Of a stretch of 64,000 bases of DNA, positions 61,920 through 64,000 are shown piece after piece. A program made the translations under genes and the position numbers. How positions within the stretch are numbered: the first letter of the stretch is position 1; every line of letters begins with the position of its first letter. The notes beneath the pieces were generated by a model that saw nothing but the letters and a program-made list of their open reading frames with translations, was not told where the DNA came from and searched no databases. The stretch covers positions 2,356,001 through 2,420,000 of the forward strand of contig UYFQ01000001.1 in NCBI GenBank assembly GCA_900617105.1, written 5' to 3'. Source of the stretch: Hydrurus foetidus (Eukaryota).

Positions 61920-62882
61920 TTAATGGCGCTTGGAATGGCCTGCCAACATGCTGCGCATGTCTTGCACTGACACTGCGCTGAGCGGGCTGACTTTTACCTT
62001 GGGCAGCGGCTTTAAGGCGTGGCCATAAATCACCTCAAACGTGAGCGATAGCCGCCCATCCGCGCCTACTGCCAAGTGCCGGGAAAGCGCGGTTTCAAGC
62101 TGCTTGCGCCAGGCTCGGCCCCGCAAAGCGGTAAATCGCGCGGGGTGAAAATTGCGCCCCAGCTCGGCCAGCTCAGCCAACAGGCGCGCGGGCGAATCGT
62201 AAGTCAAGGTGATGCGTTCCATGTCCATCACCGGCTCAGCAAAACCAGCCTGCACCAGCATGTCTCCCCAATCGTGCATATCGGTCAGGTCATGCCCGGC
62301 GGGCGGCCACCCCAACTGTTGGTACACCCGGCGCAGCTCTACAGCAGTGTCTGGCCCTAGGCATGAAAACATTAAAAACCCGCCCACTCGCAAAGCTGCA
62401 TGCCACTCGGCCAGCAACGCCTGCGGCGCGGGCGCTTCGTGCAGGGCCATGTTGGCCCATAGCATGTCGACTGCGCCCGGTGGCGGCGCTTCAAAGCGGG
62501 TTTGTTTTTGACCCAGCCCGACCAACTTCCACCACGGTTTTGCTATTTTTTCAATAGCTGCTTGCGCCCGTTTTAATTGGCTTTCAACCACAAAACATGC
62601 TGATTTGGGGTACTTTTTAGCCAATTCGGCGTGGTTGTCGAGCCCTCCGCGCACCGCCCCCCAGTGGGCCCAGGCCTCAGGTTGCAGCTTGATCCATTGC
62701 AGGCGGTCGCGCATGCGGCTGGCCACCTCTTCATGCAGCCACGGCGAGCTGCTGGGCGCAATGCGCTGCCAGCGCGCCACCGCAGTCGCGTCGAGGGTGG
62801 GGGGCGCTTGGTCGGCGGCAGCTTGGGGTAAAAGCGTTGGGGGGGAAGGCATACTGGGCGGTGCGAAGCGCACGTTAGCCAA
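61920..62882 (-). CDS. BioC-like SAM-dependent methyltransferase
   Basis: LHEEVASRM, FSCLGPDT, DMHDWGDML and LTFEVIYGHA motifs; divergent from comF. Confidence 0.85.
   Translation of the reverse strand: MANVRFAPPSMPSPPTLLPQAAADQAPPTLDATAVARWQRIAPSSSPWLHEEVASRMRDRLQWIKLQPEAWAHWGAVRGGLDNHAELAKKYPKSACFVVESQLKRAQAAIEKIAKPWWKLVGLGQKQTRFEAPPPGAVDMLWANMALHEAPAPQALLAEWHAALRVGGFLMFSCLGPDTAVELRRVYQQLGWPPAGHDLTDMHDWGDMLVQAGFAEPVMDMERITLTYDSPARLLAELAELGRNFHPARFTALRGRAWRKQLETALSRHLAVGADGRLSLTFEVIYGHALKPLPKVKVSPLSAVSVQDMRSMLAGHSKRH
62541..62585 (-). repeat. Family A repeat inside the bioC-like gene, translated in frame
   Basis: tgctattttttcaatagctgcttgcgcccgttttaattggct encodes SQLKRAQAAIEKIA. Confidence 0.75.
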
Positions 62883-62960
62883 GAGTATATTGACTACCTC
62901 GCTGTGGCTCTGCGCCCTGCGCCTACAACCTCACCCGACAGCTAAATTTCGCATCTTCAA

Positions 62961-63734
62961 GTGTTCCGTCTTACCGTTAACCGACTTTTTCAACAATTCG
63001 GCTTGTCGCCGCTGACCCACAGCCTGCCCAGCCAGTGCGCGGTGTGCAAAAGTTGGCCCGCCGAACCGATGTGCGAGCCGTGCGTGGCGCGATTTTGTTC
63101 GCGGGCGCAGCGCTGCAGCCAGTGCGCTGTGGCCCTGCCCGCTGATTTATCGCTTGGCCAGGCCAGCCCGCGCAGCGTTTGCTTTGACTGCATCAAACAA
63201 CCACCGCCGGTAAATAAAACGCTGGTAGCCGTTGACTACGCCTACCCATGGTCAGCGTTAATCACGCAATACAAATTTGCAGATCAACCCGGTTGGGCCG
63301 AGTTTTTCGCTAAATTAATGCTGGCCAACCCCGCTATTGGGCAGGTGTTTGACTCGCTTAGCCCAAGCGACGTGATTTTGCCAATCCCGCTGGCGACGCA
63401 GCGCCTGCAAACGCGCGGTTTTAACCAGGCGTGGGAGCTGGCCACGCAGTTAGCGGCGCAGTCTGGCAGCCAAGGCAAAACCGACGCTACTTTGCTTTGG
63501 CGGGTTAAAAACACCCCGCCCCAAACCCAGTTAAAACGCCAGGCCCGCATGGACAACGTGCGCGGTGCATTTCAAATCGACCCGCTGCGAGCTGCCAGCC
63601 TGGCGGGCAAGCGTGTGGTGCTGGTCGACGACGTGATGACCAGTGGCGCATCGCTTTTTACGGCGGCAGAAGTGTTGCGCGCTGCGGGCGCGGTGCACAT
63701 CACCGGCGTGGTGCTGGCCAGAACGCCGCTCTAA
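62961..63734 (+). CDS. comF: ComF family amidophosphoribosyltransferase
   Basis: N-terminal CxxC zinc motifs; RGFNQA and LVDDVMTSGAS. Confidence 0.92.
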   Translation: MFRLTVNRLFQQFGLSPLTHSLPSQCAVCKSWPAEPMCEPCVARFCSRAQRCSQCAVALPADLSLGQASPRSVCFDCIKQPPPVNKTLVAVDYAYPWSALITQYKFADQPGWAEFFAKLMLANPAIGQVFDSLSPSDVILPIPLATQRLQTRGFNQAWELATQLAAQSGSQGKTDATLLWRVKNTPPQTQLKRQARMDNVRGAFQIDPLRAASLAGKRVVLVDDVMTSGASLFTAAEVLRAAGAVHITGVVLARTPL

Positions 63735-63746
63735 ACTCGGCAGCTT

Positions 63747-64000
63747 ATGTTCAACATTGTTCTAGTCGAGCCTGAGATTCCGCCCAACACCGGCAACGTG
63801 ATTCGGCTGGCCGCCAACACGGGCTGCCGCCTGCATTTGATCGAGCCGCTCGGCTTTTCGATGGACGACAAACAAATGCGCCGCGCCGGTCTGGACTATC
63901 ACGAGTACGCGCCAGTCACCCGACACAGCAACTGGTCGGCCTTTTTACTGGCACAAACCCCAGACCCTGCGCGCGTGTTCGCCATGACCACGCGCGGTTC
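63747..64000 (+). CDS. trmL: tRNA (cytidine(34)-2'-O)-methyltransferase, partial
   Basis: [21 protein letters not shown]...LHLIEPLGF...RRAGLDYHE. Confidence 0.93.
   Translation, partial: MFNIVLVEPEIPPNTGNVIRLAANTGCRLHLIEPLGFSMDDKQMRRAGLDYHEYAPVTRHSNWSAFLLAQTPDPARVFAMTTRG

Overview
Bacterial chromosome segment. Gene content and order point to Betaproteobacteria, Comamonadaceae (Polaromonas/Rhodoferax-like); this is an inference. The core genes are fdx-coaD-rsmD-two M16 peptidases/ftsY, gltBD, an Fe3+ ABC permease and ATPase, yqgE-ruvX-pyrR-pyrB-pyrC'-plsC, phrB, a Pil-Chp chemosensory operon (pilGHIJ-chpA), rubredoxin-thiD-like-hemL, aroG, tldD, rpoH with a CIRCE box, the aa3 cytochrome c oxidase cluster, a bioC-like gene, comF and trmL. 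Two accessory patches (about 6.3-9.7 kb and 41.1-47.5 kb) hold orphan regulators, pseudogenes, CbiZ and a decaying HTH/nucleotidyltransferase TA-like pair. Five signals stand out that the ORF track does not show. (1) A complete ribosome-dependent attenuator upstream of DAHP synthase, with a Phe/Tyr/Trp-rich leader peptide (MYIASFYFGYFWFSS...). (2) A ~50-bp two-hairpin dispersed repeat in about 17 copies, four of them translated in frame inside housekeeping proteins. (3) A Y1-HUH (RAYT-like) gene bracketed by perfect 26-bp palindromic inverted repeats next to a putative sigma-54 promoter of gltB. (4) A displaced second copy of the aroG 3' end that marks a ~2.6-kb insertion. (5) Two accessory genes broken by single in-frame TAG codons.
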